A model generated the notes under the pieces. It made no database searches and was not told where the DNA came from. It worked only from the letters and a program-made list of their open reading frames with translations. This document shows, piece after piece, positions 12,901 through 33,860 of a stretch of 64,000 bases of DNA. The stretch comes from the human T2T-CHM13v2.0 reference genome, Homo sapiens: assembly GCF_009914755.1 (NCBI RefSeq), contig NC_060947.1; one strand, written 5' to 3'. Numbering within the stretch: the first letter of the stretch is position 1; each line of letters starts with the position of its first letter. Both the position numbers and the translations under genes were made by a program.

Positions 12901-15900
12901 TTTGGTAACAACTTAGAGATTTTTGGTAACCTCCCAAGACCTGCTCCTCTAAGCTGATCTCCCGTTCTCTGCCCAGTAGCTACACCTTGAACGCACTCAC
13001 GAGGCTGGGGGTTGTTTATGTGTTGCAAAAGGTAAGCATCATTAAAGAAACAGAAATCTGGTTAATTTTCTATTTTCTGCTGAGCTTTACTCAAGAGGGC
13101 CCTTTCCCTCCACCTTCTACTTCCTTGCCAAGGGGGGCCACAAAGGTTGGGAGTTTCCAGGAGCAGGTTACACACTTCTCCTCTCTATCCTGGCTCAATG
13201 CCACTAGCCCTGGGATTGCCGGTGACCTTTCAGCCTGATGGCCTGTAACCTTCTGCTCCCTGCCAGATAGAGTTGGGACTTGTCCAAGGCGTGGAATAAC
13301 TTCCTGTGATTGTCCTGAAGATGGCCTGGCCCACAGGATCTGCTTCTATAGCTTGTCAACAGAAGCAGAAAAGTCCTGTATCTCTACAGTATGGTGGGCC
13401 TTGGAAGGGAGAATCCTGAGGAGAAATGTTCAGCAAAGATAAGTACACCAAGAGGTCTGTGTTCAAGTACATACATGACATGGACTTGACCTTCCTCATG
13501 TATTGTCAACCAAAGTGCCACTGAATATCCTGGCCAGTTTCTCATTATTTCTTGTGTGGCAGAATCTTTGAGGTCATTAAGACCAGCTAATCAAATCTGC
13601 AAGTGTTTACAAACCTGGGAGGGTCACTAATATGTTAGGTCAGGATCAGGATGCAAAATTACGGGTTGAAACCATGGGCCAAAACCAACTCAGGAATAAA
13701 GTTATTTTAAACTCTGGTAAGTTCTGTGATACATTAAGTGTCTGAGGTGCAGTGGAGGTAATCAAGTCTGGATGGAGAATCAAGGAAGGTGCAATATAGA
13801 GGAAGTGACGGCGCAGCTGAACTCACCAGTTGTGTGAGACCAATGTGGTTGAGGGGAGGCTCTTCTAAGCAGAGGTACTTGCAAAACATTAAGAATAACT
13901 CCAAAGTGTTAGGTATAATTAGTGGTGATGGTTACACAACATTATGAAGGTACAGTAGTTAATGCCACTGAACTGTCCCCTTACGCGTGATTAAAATGGT
14001 CAATATTATGTTATGCATCTTTTCCCACAAGAAAAGTAATGAAAAATGTTACCCTCACACCCATGGGTGTCCGCTAGGGACATTCCCCATTGCCCAAGCT
14101 GAGTGCACAGGTGTGGTGGCTCCTGGGATTGTCTCTAAAGGAGTCCATTAACAATGAGAAGATATCAGTACCAGAGTCACAGACAAACATGAAGTAACAC
14201 AGATCCCTCAAAATATGCAATAGCAATATTAATAGCTAACACGTATATCCCAGGAATTATTCTAAATGCTTTAAATTAAATTAAATCATTTGACGCTCAC
14301 ACAGACCCCATGTGAGTGAATACTCTTTTTAGGGCATTCTATACATATGCAGAAACTGAGGCACACAGAGGTTGAGCAAGTTGCGGTCGGGCAAGAGCGA
14401 ATATGTAGCAGAGGTGGCCATGAAATCAGATCGTCTGCTTCGGTCTGGTTCCTAATCACAGACTATGTGTGATGTCGAGAAGCTGTCATCCGCTGACTAG
14501 AGCTATGTAGGTCAAAGAGCTTAGCACATCAGAAGAGTGAGCAGTGGGTGAGGAGTCAAAGAGGAACCTCATTCCACATGAAGAAAAGCATGAGCTGAAT
14601 GACTGGGATTGTGGAAGAGTGTGTATTCAGGTTAAAAGGTCTAGGAGAGGAGAAAAATACAACATCATTTTGTAAAAATGAGCTCATAGTCTAGCAAGAG
14701 GTCCTCCTATTTTTTTTCCTAAAATACATGAATTTGGAAAGCATTCAGAAAACCTTGTATCTGGTGTTATCGGACATAATATAATCTGACGTTTAATACT
14801 GAAGAAAGTCTTTCTCAAATGTCCCAACAGTGCCTGGTGCCTAACAGGGACTCAGTAAATCTTGTTGAATTAATTAATGAATCTCTATCTCATTCCACAT
14901 ATAATAAAAATAAATTCTTCCTGGATTAAACATTTACATTGAAATAAAGAAACTGACAGTACTGAAAAAATAGAGGTGGACACTTACGTAATACTGGCAG
15001 CTGGGAAGGCTTTCTAACCATATATGAATTCCTAAAAAGTAGAAATGCTTGAAACACCTAAGTGTTGTGTGTGAGTCTAAGGGTGAGAGGGAAGAAAAGA
15101 GATGACAGGGGAAGGAGTGAGCCGTTCTAGAAAGGGTCCCAGCACCCCAGGGTCAGTGGGAAACCCAGCAGTCAGCTACAGCCCCAAATGAATTTTTTCA
15201 GGGTGGTTCATCAGTTCTAAGTACTCCTCTGGCTGGAGGAAGTTGCCAAAACCACCTCCGAGCCCCCGGCCAGCACATAACCTTGAGTCAATAGAAGCTG
15301 CTCCATCAGAGACCACAGGGCACCAGTGTTTACTTAAGCTCCTGTCTCAGCGTGGGAGAAGTTAAGACCCCAGAGGGCATCTGCCTGCTGACTTATCCCC
15401 AGGTACTTGGAGAGGAAAAGAACACTCTCAATTTCAACTTGGTTTCATTACTTGCTTGGCTCAAAGCACATCTGCTAGAAGGAAGAACTCTTTATTGCTT
15501 ACAGTTCCAGACAAACTCTTGGCCTCTTCACTGTTGACCCAAATGCCCTTTCTTTCCTCCCAAGAATACATGTGCAAGTTAGGGTTCAGAAAATGTTTGC
15601 TGAATGAATCAGTGAGCACTGGTCCAGAATATGTCAATATGCACACTCAGATACAACAACACCAACCAGTCTCATTTGCAATTCAATGTATGCTATTTTT
15701 TATGTGTCACGTCCCTTTGTGAACTGCTGTGAACTGTCTGTGAACTGCTGTTCATGTATGTTGCCCATTTTCCAATTGTGATGCTGATCTTTTTCTAATC
15801 ATTGATCAGGATTACTCATAAAAGTGAAGAATATGAACTCTTTGCTTGCCTCGTATGATGTGAAAAACTTTCGCATTTTGTCATTTGCCTTATAAGTTGG

Positions 15901-18900
15901 TATTGTTTTTGAAGTACCTAAAATAGTGTTCAGCATATAGGAGACACTCACTAGATTATTTGTTGGAGAACCGACTGAATAAATAAATGAGCAAAGAGAT
16001 ATGTTTTATTTTCATGTAGCAAAAATCCTTCTCTCCTCCTTTATGGTTTTTCCTCTGCTATCATGTTTAGAAAGGTTTTCCCAACCCCACGATCAGATTG
16101 AGATTCAATAACATTGTCCCTTCTAGAAATTATATTATTTCGTTTTCTTTACATTTAAATACAACATATATCTAGAATTTGTCTCTCATATCTGCGTTAA
16201 GTGAGATTGATCTACAATTTTCTTTTTTGTACCGTAAGCTCTTTACCTAATTTGGTATAAGGGTCATAGCTCAAGAGATCTCAAATCTAAAGACTTTCCG
16301 AGTCAGTTATCTGTCCTGGAGGTAATTATCTGACAATAACTTTCATCTCTTATATTTACTTACAATGTTGATCAGTCTAACATTTTAGGGGCTAACACTT
16401 TGAAGAGTGTACCTTTTTTTTGGCAAGGTGATGTTAGAATTCTCATTTGGTGTGAAAATTTGGGTGGGGTTAAATTACTGTTTAAACCTCAGTTTAACTT
16501 CTAATTACACTGTTCTCCTGGCCAAAGACCCTAAACCACTGATTTCTTGTTAGCACTAAAAGCCACAATGTAACAGACTGGCTTCTTGTGAAATAGGAAC
16601 CAAATACTGCCAGAACTGGAAGCCTCTAACAGGAAGTCATGACTTAGTGGTGAAATAACTAAAGAAAAGGAGGGGACAGAAAAGCAGCCATTCCCCTTTG
16701 GGGGCCTAGCTGTCACTTTGCTGCTGTTGCCTTTTAGTAAGTAATAGCCAAAGCTTTAGCTTGGTCTAGAGCATGGTGACGTTCTTATGTGCAAAGAAGG
16801 CAAAATAGGCTGAATTACTTGGATAGAAATTCTCCAGTGAAAGGCTACAAATATGAGTAAGTCAAACAAATAATCACTGTGCAGAATGCTAATGTTGTAA
16901 CAGAGGGAAGTCCAGGGCCTAAGAGGGAGGATGGGAAGGTTTTCGCCCACACACTTTGCAGGTCAGTGGGACGTTCTTACAAGGCTCTACTTGGCAGGAA
17001 GACACTGTGTTTTCAGGCACTGGGCACAACCCACAAGGGAAGGAACCCCGACTTTGATGTAGCACACTGCAGGCCCTGGGGAGACAGCGCTGAGCAAGGC
17101 GCTCAGGGAGGGAGACAGACAAGTAAACAGAGGGGCTGCTTTGCAAGGGAAGGAAACTGACTTTGATCGCTGTTTCCACTCTAACGCTTGCCCTTAGCTA
17201 CAGAGACAGCAGATCTGGAGCCACCCCAGCCAAGGCTTCCCAGCATGCTTTGAGCACATCCAGTCTGACTGAAGTGGGGGCTAACCTCCTATTATGCGAT
17301 CTGGAAGCCTTCTCCACTCCAAGATTATCAAAATATTTTCCTATGTTTTCTTTTAATCTTCTATGTTGAATTACACATAAATGTGTATGTAATAAACAAA
17401 GCACAAAAAGAGCTTCTATGAGACGTTAAGATAAATATGAATGACCTAATAGAAAAACATGGGCAAAATATATGAATCAGTATTTCACAGAAAAAGAAAC
17501 AGAAATGGCCCCAAACTATATATCCATATCTAATTTTAAATGAGACATCTTTGTATATAAGCCTGGCAAAAATGTTCAAACATGTGCAATGTATCTTAAT
17601 GTCATTCTTCATAATAACTAAAAATCAGAAAGAAACTAAATATCTATCAAAAGGTTGAATAAATTATGGTATGAATAAGCAAACCACACACATAAGCCCC
17701 TCCACCCCAGTCTACGCTTATATTTTGGCAATCTCCGCACTCTCATGTGCTGTGATTATTTGAGTGCCATTCCCTTCATCCCATTTACAAGTCGGAGTGA
17801 AATGAAAAGTCTATAACTCCAAAAGCAAATTTTCAAAACAATTAAATGCAGACTGTTCACAAGACATCTTCCCAGAATGGAGCCCATGGGGGTAGTTGGG
17901 GCTTCCACATCTCAGTACATGGCAACTCTATCCTTCCAGCTGCTCAGGCCAAGACACTGGAATTCTCGACTCCTTTCTTTCTCTTGCATAGAATAACCAA
18001 TCCATCAGAAAATCTTACCGGTTCTACCTTTAGAATATACCCCTCTCCACGCATCTCACCTGTATCACTGCACTAGCCCCTCACCTGGTCTCCCTGCTTC
18101 TGCCCTGGCCCCTACAGCTTGCAGGCAGCTGCCAGAGTGATCCTGTTACAATTCACATCAAATCATGTCAGTTCTGTTCTCAGAACCCTCTGGTGTCTTC
18201 CTCCCTTACTCAGACGAAAAGCCAAAGGCTAAAGTAAGGCCTCTACTCACATCACCACTCTGACCTCATTTGCTCCATTCCTTACTCCCTGGGCTGCAGC
18301 CAAGCTCACTGCTCTTGGAACATTCCAGGCGTGTTCCTGCTTCAGAGGCTGTACATTGTCCATCCCCTCCCATGATTAAGGAGTGGGGTATGCCATTCCC
18401 AGACACTTTCAGCTCTCTAACATGCAAGCAAAATGGTCTCTAGTAGGCCAATAGCAATCTCCCAAACAGGAGCTGCCGCTGTTGGAAGTGAAAGCCCCCC
18501 AAAGTGGGGGAAGAGGAGCACATCCTCCAATATCTTTCCGTGGTACTAGTACTAGCGGTGCTAGTAATACAATATGAATTGGTCACCTTTATTGGCTACT
18601 TATGAAGTGCATTACATATAACTCACTTCATCCTCACAACAAACCCATGACGCAGGACATTAGTCAACCTTGACAAGAGCAGTTTTGATGGAGTGGTGGA
18701 GTAAACACTTGATTAGGAGCGAATGAGAAATAGAATCTCACCATTTGTAATCCTTAATGAATTAATCAATTTAAGCATTAAGCATCAGTGGCTGCTACAA
18801 TCACAAAAAGGGAGACAACCAGATACGATTTTCCTCCTAATGGAAGTACAATAATACCACCTAGGAAGAGTTCATTATATTATTCTCTCAGAAAATAACA

Positions 18901-20147
18901 ACATATTTGAGTGCTGACTGTTATCATCTAGAGCCAAGTGGATCCACATACTGCCATCTTCCAATTTAAAAAGAGTAAAATGCTAGACTTGAAGTTTTCT
19001 TTCTGCTTTTCTGTGGTGTGTACGTATTTTGGTGCTAAGATCTTAAAGTCTTGTATCCGATTCACGGTAAAGGTTTAAGGTATTCATCAAATGCAGGGGC
19101 AGGGAGAATAAGCCAGGGTTGGACCTGAGTGACCTCTCTGCCATTTAGAGAGCTTGTCCCAAAGCATTTGGCCTGTGGAGGAACCAGTCCAAGGATTTTT
19201 CCTATTAAGACTTCTAACCTGTGCACTTTATCCTCAATCTCACAAATACCTATTGGCAGAACTCATCTAAAACACACACTTCAGGCCCTAAAGATGTAGT
19301 TAGCCCTTTGGAAAATTGTTGACTTCGAGTCCATCTCATCACTTGGTTGTATTTCTTTCTTTATCAGGCCTGGGTCTGATAGCCTGGGTCACTGGTTTTC
19401 TGGTTGACACTGCAAATGAATAAATACTTTCCTCCCATTTGTGTCTTTCACTTTTAACTACCATCTCATCTCCTTTCTCTTCCACTGCCACACTTCTTGC
19501 TGTCGTTGCTACCCATTTCTTCCTAAACCATTAATATTGGGAATCCACTTCACCAGAAAGACTCGGAAGCCCCACTTAGACTTCAGGCCCAAGTAGCTGT
19601 CTCCAATTCAGCTTTTTCAGTGATGAAACAGCTGTTTTGCATCCATCTTCCTTATCTTGTGCCCCTTGTCCATTCCTTCTCTGTGCCCTATCAGTCAGAG
19701 CCCTGGGAGGAAAGGCGGGTGACTGGCATTACCACTGCAAGGTATTTAGGGTTATCCATCGCCTCTAATGGTCTCTCCTCTTATCTCTTCTCAGTTTTGC
19801 TGACACTTTTCCTCTTACTCTCTAACTGCGGTATCTCCCAAAATTCTGCCCTAGGTCCTTTTCCTTCTTACTCATCACACCCTCCTTGGATAATCTCATC
19901 CACCCCGATAACTTTAACTACTTCCTATACCCCAGTAACCACCAAAACTCCATCTGGAGCCCAGGTCCCTCCCCTCAGCTCTAGACAAATTTACCCACGG
20001 TTACTTCAAACTCGGTATGTGCCAGCCTGAACGTACCAGTCTCACTGGCTTGCCCCCAAACTGGGTCTTTTCTCCCATGCTCTTGCTCACAGTGTTTGTA
20101 TGACATAGTCAGTGTCCAGAAAGATGTGGCGTAAAAAATCAATTACA

Positions 20148-20434
<287 letters not shown>

Positions 20435-23382
20435 TTACAAAAATAAATAAATAAAAGATGAAATTCAACAGTAATAATGTAGGTCCTGTTCCTGGGCTTA
20501 AGCAAAACAGCAATAGCACAAGAACAGACTGGAGAAAAGATAGCTTAGCTGAAACACAGAGGAAATCTAAGTCCGTTTGACAGGAAGCTCAGTGTGAGTC
20601 AACGGTGTGGCGTGGCTGCCAGAACAAAGCTAATGGAATCTCCAGCTGCTTTCTCAGAAGCACGATGTCCAGATGAGCAATGATGGTCCTGGAGGAGTTT
20701 ATTTAGTTCTGGTACCAGTTCAGAGGAAATATACAGGACAGTGAGGGAACTCAGAACTCTGTTCTATCCTAAGGAATGACTGAGTAAGCTGGCAACATTT
20801 AGATTGGATATTTGCAGGGCTCTCAAATTGAAAAAGAATTAGAGGTGTTCTGTATATTCTAAGGAGGTTAACACCAGGACCAATTTCTTGCAGTCAGAAC
20901 TATCACACGATTATTTGGGCAGCATATTATGTAACCGGTTTCCTGTCATTGGAAGTGTCCAGATAACAAATGGCTGGCAAAAATGTGGCCAGCATTGGAG
21001 TTGCTGTAATTCATCTTGGGCTAATCACCCTTCTCCTCGTCCCTACTCCTGTCAAGTTCAAAATCTTTAATTACGCCCTCTCTCACATACCTTATAATTA
21101 AGCAATCAACATTTCCCATTGATTATTTCTCTAAAATATTCTCATATTTTCCCTTCTGCTGCATTCACATTATTACCCTGGACTAAGTCGCCTTGCCTAG
21201 GAAAGATTTTTTTAAAAAGGATATCTTCAAATACCATCCCAATCAACCTGACTTCCAGAATCTAAGTGGCAATCTGGAGTAACATTGTCAGTTGTTTTGG
21301 CCACCCAGCATCTGCACCTTTTTCTATATTTGGGGAATTCCCAACTCCAGTTATAGAAGCAAGAAATGATGGATCCTTTCTTTTCCAGTCTCCATTACAA
21401 TGAAGGTACAGATTCTGATCGTCTTTCCTGACAGTTTAACCTCAAGATTGCTTCGGCAGATCCCACAACAGTATTTTTTATCTGCCTAATTAAATCATCA
21501 TCTAGTTACCTGAAATGACATGCCCACTAAAGATAAGGTTTTGAGGGAGTGGGGAGTGGGAGCCCAGTGTCAAAAATTAAAGTTTTTATTAAAGATATAT
21601 GATTTAAAAAAACAAAGCTTCTCAGTACCATGCCCTGAAACTCATTAACAGAAGCTGCTTTTACATATTTACACCATACTTAAAGTATACTCACGTCATC
21701 CATGTGTATTGCAGCACTATTCACAATAGCCAAGCTACAGAATCAACCTAAGTGTCCATTAATGGATGAATGGAAAAAGAAAATGTAGTACATACACACA
21801 ATGGAATACAATTCAGCCATAAAAAAGAATGAAATCCTGTCATTCACAGCAACACGGATGGAACTGGAGGTTATTATATTAAGTGAAATCAATAAAAGAA
21901 AAAAGATGAACTCTGGCCACTGACATGGAGACAATTCTAGGATAAATTTTTAAATGAACAGACTAATGTACAGAACATTGTGTATCTTTTGTGTAAGAAA
22001 AGGAGGAATAAGAAGCTGTATATGTATTTCCTTGTGTTCATATAAAGAAATACTGAAAAGATTAAAGAAAAAAATTAAAAAATGGTTATTTGGGGGTAAG
22101 GGTAAATAGGGTGGATGAAGACAGAGGTGGAAGAAGTTTTCATCAAACATTTAAAATATATTTTTTAATTTTTGAAACATGACTGCATTACCTATTTGGT
22201 AGCAATTTTTAAAACTAAGTCAAAAGTAGAAGAATTGACAGGAAGATCAACAAAACTGCCCCAAAACAGACCCAATGAAGGATTTAAGATTTAGGTTACA
22301 TTTAAGATAATTTTCTAGAAACAGAAATATAAATGGCTTTTATACTTGAAGAGATGTTCAACCTCACTCACAAAGAAATTTAATTAAAACAAGATACCAT
22401 TTATCATCTATTGATTTTTCAAAGATAAAAACATTTAACAGTACACTGTATTTGAGGACAAGCACTTTCATACTCTGTTGCTGAGAGTAAAAATTGGCAT
22501 TATACGTTTACATGCACTTCAACTCAGCAATTCAACTTCTAAGAGTTTTTTTTACAAGCATAATTGCACATAACCACAAAGACCAATGTACAAAGATATT
22601 TACCACAGTATTGTTTACAGCAGCATGAGACTGGAAACAAGAGAAGTTCTATCATAGTATCTCCACATAGTGAAATATTATGAAGCTGTTATGGACTGAT
22701 ATGGACCAATCTCCAAAATACATTACTAAGAAAGGAGGTTACAAAATAGTGAGTATAGTGTGCTACCATTTGTGCAAAAAATGGGGAAGTATATGTGCTT
22801 GTATATGCATGGAATATATCTGAAAAGAAAATCAAGAAACTTGTCTCAGAAAAGAAATATAAGGGTTCTCCGCTTCTAGGAATGTAAAAAGATGCAAAGA
22901 ACATCCTTCCCACTATGACGAGAAAAGCTGGACAAAACACAAAATCTTCATTTTCTTGAGCCCATCAGAGAGTGGAGGTCACAAGGCGCCCAAGTGATCT
23001 GACTTCCAAAGAGGGATGACAATCCCTTCCCACGGTATATAGGACTCATGGAGGAGATCCCTCCCTTAGTGGTGATCCTAAGCACAGAGACTTCCAGTTG
23101 CTGAGGTAGCCCACGACCCAGAAAACAAGCTACCTGTATAGCCAACCCAGGTCCCTGGCCTTCCTCTTCACCATAACAGGAAAGAATTAAAGTAGATATC
23201 TATCAACAGAATTCTCACTTAAGCTGAAGGAATTCACTGTTCAATCTGGAACAGAATTTCTCCCTCTTGGCACCACTTGGACCCATTTGGGCCAAATTCA
23301 TTGTGGTGGAGGACCGTCCTGTGCATTGCAGAACATTTAGCAGCATCCCTGGCCTCTACCTACTAGAGAATGCATCCACGGA

Positions 23383-24450
<1,068 letters not shown>

Positions 24451-24479
24451 TCGTGGGTTCCATCAACCATAGGTTCAAC

Positions 24480-30360
<5,881 letters not shown>

Positions 30361-31317
30361 TATCCAGGGACAAAAACAGTGCCTGGCTCTTGGCATTGTT
30401 TTGAAAACTAAATGAGTTAATACAAGTTCTTAGTGTAGTGCCTGGCACATATAAACATTCAATAAAAGTGAACTATTATAGCTTTATTATCACTGTTATT
30501 ATAGGACTCTTTAAAATGGATAAAAATAGATGCAAGCCAAATGTTCACCAATAGAGAAATTGTTATATTATATGTATTACAAGGAATATTTGACAATGCT
30601 TTAACGAATGAAGTAAATCTATATGTACTAACCTGGAAAGATGTCCAGGATGTTTGTGAACAAAGCAAATTGCAGGACCGTTAGTAGAATATGATCCCAG
30701 TTGTGCAAAAAGAAAATTATATATTTTCTGAAAAATTTTGTAGAATGGTACTCACTGAACGGCTCACAGTTGTTATCCCTGGGTTGGGGAGTGGAATAAG
30801 GAGGAGAGCAAAGGGAAGGTAGCGGGGTAGGGGAAATTTAAAGGGGGTCTTCACTTTTCATTCTATTTATTAACATAAGAATATATTTCTTGTGAAACAA
30901 AAAATACAGATGAAAATAACTATCTTTTAAAAGACCAGTGATAAAAAATAACTTTCTGATTGTCTTCACTGATGGATTCAAGTGGATGAAGTACAAGCCT
31001 ACTTTGGACTGAAAGGTTTACCTAAAAACTGCCTGAGCTTCCATTTGTAACAGCAAACATTGATGGAGTGCTGCTTGCTGGCCTGGCAGCACGAATAACT
31101 GAGTTATTGTCCTGGTTGTGCCAATAACTAGTTTTGCTATGTTACTATTATAAATGTTAAACTATAAACTGGAATCAAGTCTTTTTTTTCTGTCTTCCCA
31201 GCCTGTAACACAGGGCCTAGTTCGGAGTTAGCGCTCCGTTAACGGGAGGGAGTGACAGGAATTGAATTTAAGCAGCTGTAACAGCCCTATCCAGGCCCCG
31301 TCGAAGTGACACATGAT

Positions 31318-31330
31318 CACCATCTAGTGG
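31318..31330 (-). promoter_or_regulatory. Candidate CTCF site
   Basis: CCACTAGATGGTG on minus strand matches the CTCF core; motif only. Confidence 0.45.
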
Positions 31331-32969
31331 TGAAAAAGATTCCTGCAGAATTTAGCTATGAGAGGAAAAAGAATTCTTTCTGTGGTGTGTTCCAGGGACA
31401 GATGCCTGTCAGCGAAAAAAGCATTGACTAGATATGATCTTTCTTAGAGACAGTTCCCAAACATCAAGGTTTATGTCTTGGAGTGTTGGTAAGATGACAC
31501 CTAGGTACTCTTGTGTCTTAAGTCTAGTCACTGCCCCATCATCACACGCCCCACATATCTCTAAGCTGCGCAGTGTCCACTCTTGCCACATCCCCTAAAG
31601 GAATGAACCGCGTGTGATAATAGGCACACACACTCATGCCTTCCCAAAGTTGATGAAATACTAATAAACTTCCCTAAGCCAGTCTGCTTAAGATACAAAA
31701 AAAGACTGGGAAATAAAATATTCTATAATCTTTGCCCTCCAGGGGCATCTTTCTGTATCATCTACTGAAATTGTATAGTGAACCTTTAAAATGTCTGTCA
31801 TTCCAAAGGACAACAAGGAAACCCATCCTGAGTCAACACTGCAAGCACTACTGTGTGACAAAAGCCTCACCTGCTCATGCAGGTGATGGGAGCAGGTTTT
31901 CTTCTCTTGCCTCCTTTGAGTAGCTTCACAGTTAAGGAAGCAGCTGGATAATGCAGAGGCCAAGAGATATTGGACCCTGTGCTTATGGACTCCTGGACTC
32001 AAAAGCAAATGATGTAGGGACACACTGGCACTTAGAGAAATCTCAGTATTTATGCACTCCTGATATTCACGTGCTAAATAGAACAACCTTCCTCTAAAGT
32101 TCTGTTCTGCAGAACAAACAACAAAAATCTTTTCAAAGACCCCTAAGAGAGAAACACACACTGTCTAGCCCGATGTGAATGGGGAAAGAGGGCTTGAGCA
32201 ACTCTATGTTCAGGAAAATCTCCTGCCACACATTCTGGAAGTATTCATACATTATTAAAGTCTTTTTATAATCCCACCTCTTGAACTTCCACACAATATG
32301 TGCCTCATCTATGTGGGAACAAAAACAGTTGTGAAATTTGGCCAGAAGAGGACAGCAGTTTGAGAGCACTGTATAGACAAGAGCACAAGGCTGAACCACA
32401 TTTGGGGTGGGCTGCTTTGGATGAGCGCAGACATGCGCGAGTTTGTTCCTACCACCGTGCAGTGAAGTTGCAGAGAAATTAGGAATTAAGAACAAGATGA
32501 ATCCATCCAGCTACTCCCAGCCTAAAAAAAGCAAGAAGTCCTAATAGCTATTTATATGCAACTCCCTGGGGACTGAAGTGGTTCTTCCTAATGGCTGAAA
32601 AACACTGAGTAGCAATCAGGTCTTTAAGCAGAATGTTTTTAAGACCTTATCGTGAGGACGCTGATGGAGATAATGAACGTTTGAGGTGTCGATAGTACAT
32701 CTTAAAACGGTAATGGAATAGGTAGGAAGATTCGCTCTTCCAAGTATTCCTAATTTCATATTAGTAAAAGTCAGTTGTCCAGCTGGCACTATAAAAGCGC
32801 GGTGTCAGCATTAAGAAGAAGCTGAAAGGAGTTACACGATGAGAAACGAGTTACACTGTGTAGGGTTCCAGACAGCAGTGTCCGATGACAGCTACAAGAG
32901 CAGCACTCCTTACTCCTTACGGTCCAGGGGGAATGCAGGCAATTCCCCTCTGGCTGTCAGTCTCCCTAT

Positions 32970-33860
32970 CCCCTGCCGCGTCTCCTTCGCGGGGCGATGG
33001 GTCTCAGAGCCACCCCCAGCCAAAGAAAGGGGCACGCTTTCGAGATGTCTCCCTGGCCGCTCCTGTACGGAGAGTGGCGCCTGAGGTTTCAGCCCCAACC
33101 CGCCTCCCTCCGCTAGAGTCAGCGGCGGTCTGGAGTCCCTGAGCCCCGCGGGCAGGCGCCACCTGGTCTCCGGCCCGCTGCCTAGCACAGCGGCGAAGCT
33201 GGCTCGACGTGCGATTTCGGTTTCCGTCCGTCGGCCTCGCCCGCAGTCCCGGGCGCTGGGAGCGGCTGCGCCTGGCGCGCCCGGAGCCCAGCGGCTCCCC
33301 GCGGCCGCCCCGCGGGCGGGTGCCCCGGGACGCGAAGGCCGGGCGGGTGGCGGCGCCCCTACTCACGTAGCGCTGTAGCTTCCTCTCGGGGGGCGACTTA
33401 ACGAGCCAGCCGGTGCACACTGCGTCGCCCGCACTCATCGTGGCCGCCGCCGCCGCTTCCTCCAGCTGGGCCAGCCGCCCGCGGCAGAAGGAAGTCGGGC
33501 CAAGGATGCCGGCGGGGCGGGCCCAGCGCCCGCCCGCCCAGCGCCGCCCCGAGCGGCCGCTGCGACCCCCGCCTCCGGCCGCCGCGGCCCCCGGGGAGGG
33601 AACCGACGCCGCCCGCAACCCAAGACGGCGGGAAAAGCAAGCAGCGAAGCCTGGGAAGCCCCTTCGAGCAACTGCAGCTCCGCCAGCGGCTGTGCCCGGG
33701 GGGGGGGTGTGGGGGGGGGAGCCTACGCAGCAGGGCGCCTGCCACTCTCACCCAGGGTCACGAGAAAGCGCTCGGAAGGAGCCCTGCGACCTAATGGGAG
33801 CACAGCCTGGAACCTGTTGCCCTCATGCCCCATCCCCAATCCGCCACGCCAAACGGGCTG
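32970..33860. promoter_or_regulatory. GAB3 CpG island/promoter
   Basis: Very high GC and CpG density around exon 1, many GC boxes, long G tracts at 33698-33719. Confidence 0.9.
33367..33438 (-). CDS. GAB3: GRB2-associated binding protein 3, coding exon 1 (MSAGDAVCTGWLVKSPPERKLQRY, start of PH domain)
   Basis: ATG at 33438-33436 in strong Kozak context (GCCACGATGA); 24 codons with the Gab-family N-terminus GWLxKSPPE; GTGAGT donor at 33366-33361. Exon 2 lies beyond base 1. Confidence 0.97.

Noticed and set aside
15716-15750. Short TGTGAACTG(C) triplication; similar micro-duplications near 4315, 30340, 37305 and 38656
   Set aside because: Slippage duplications inside old repeats; no spacers, not CRISPR-like.
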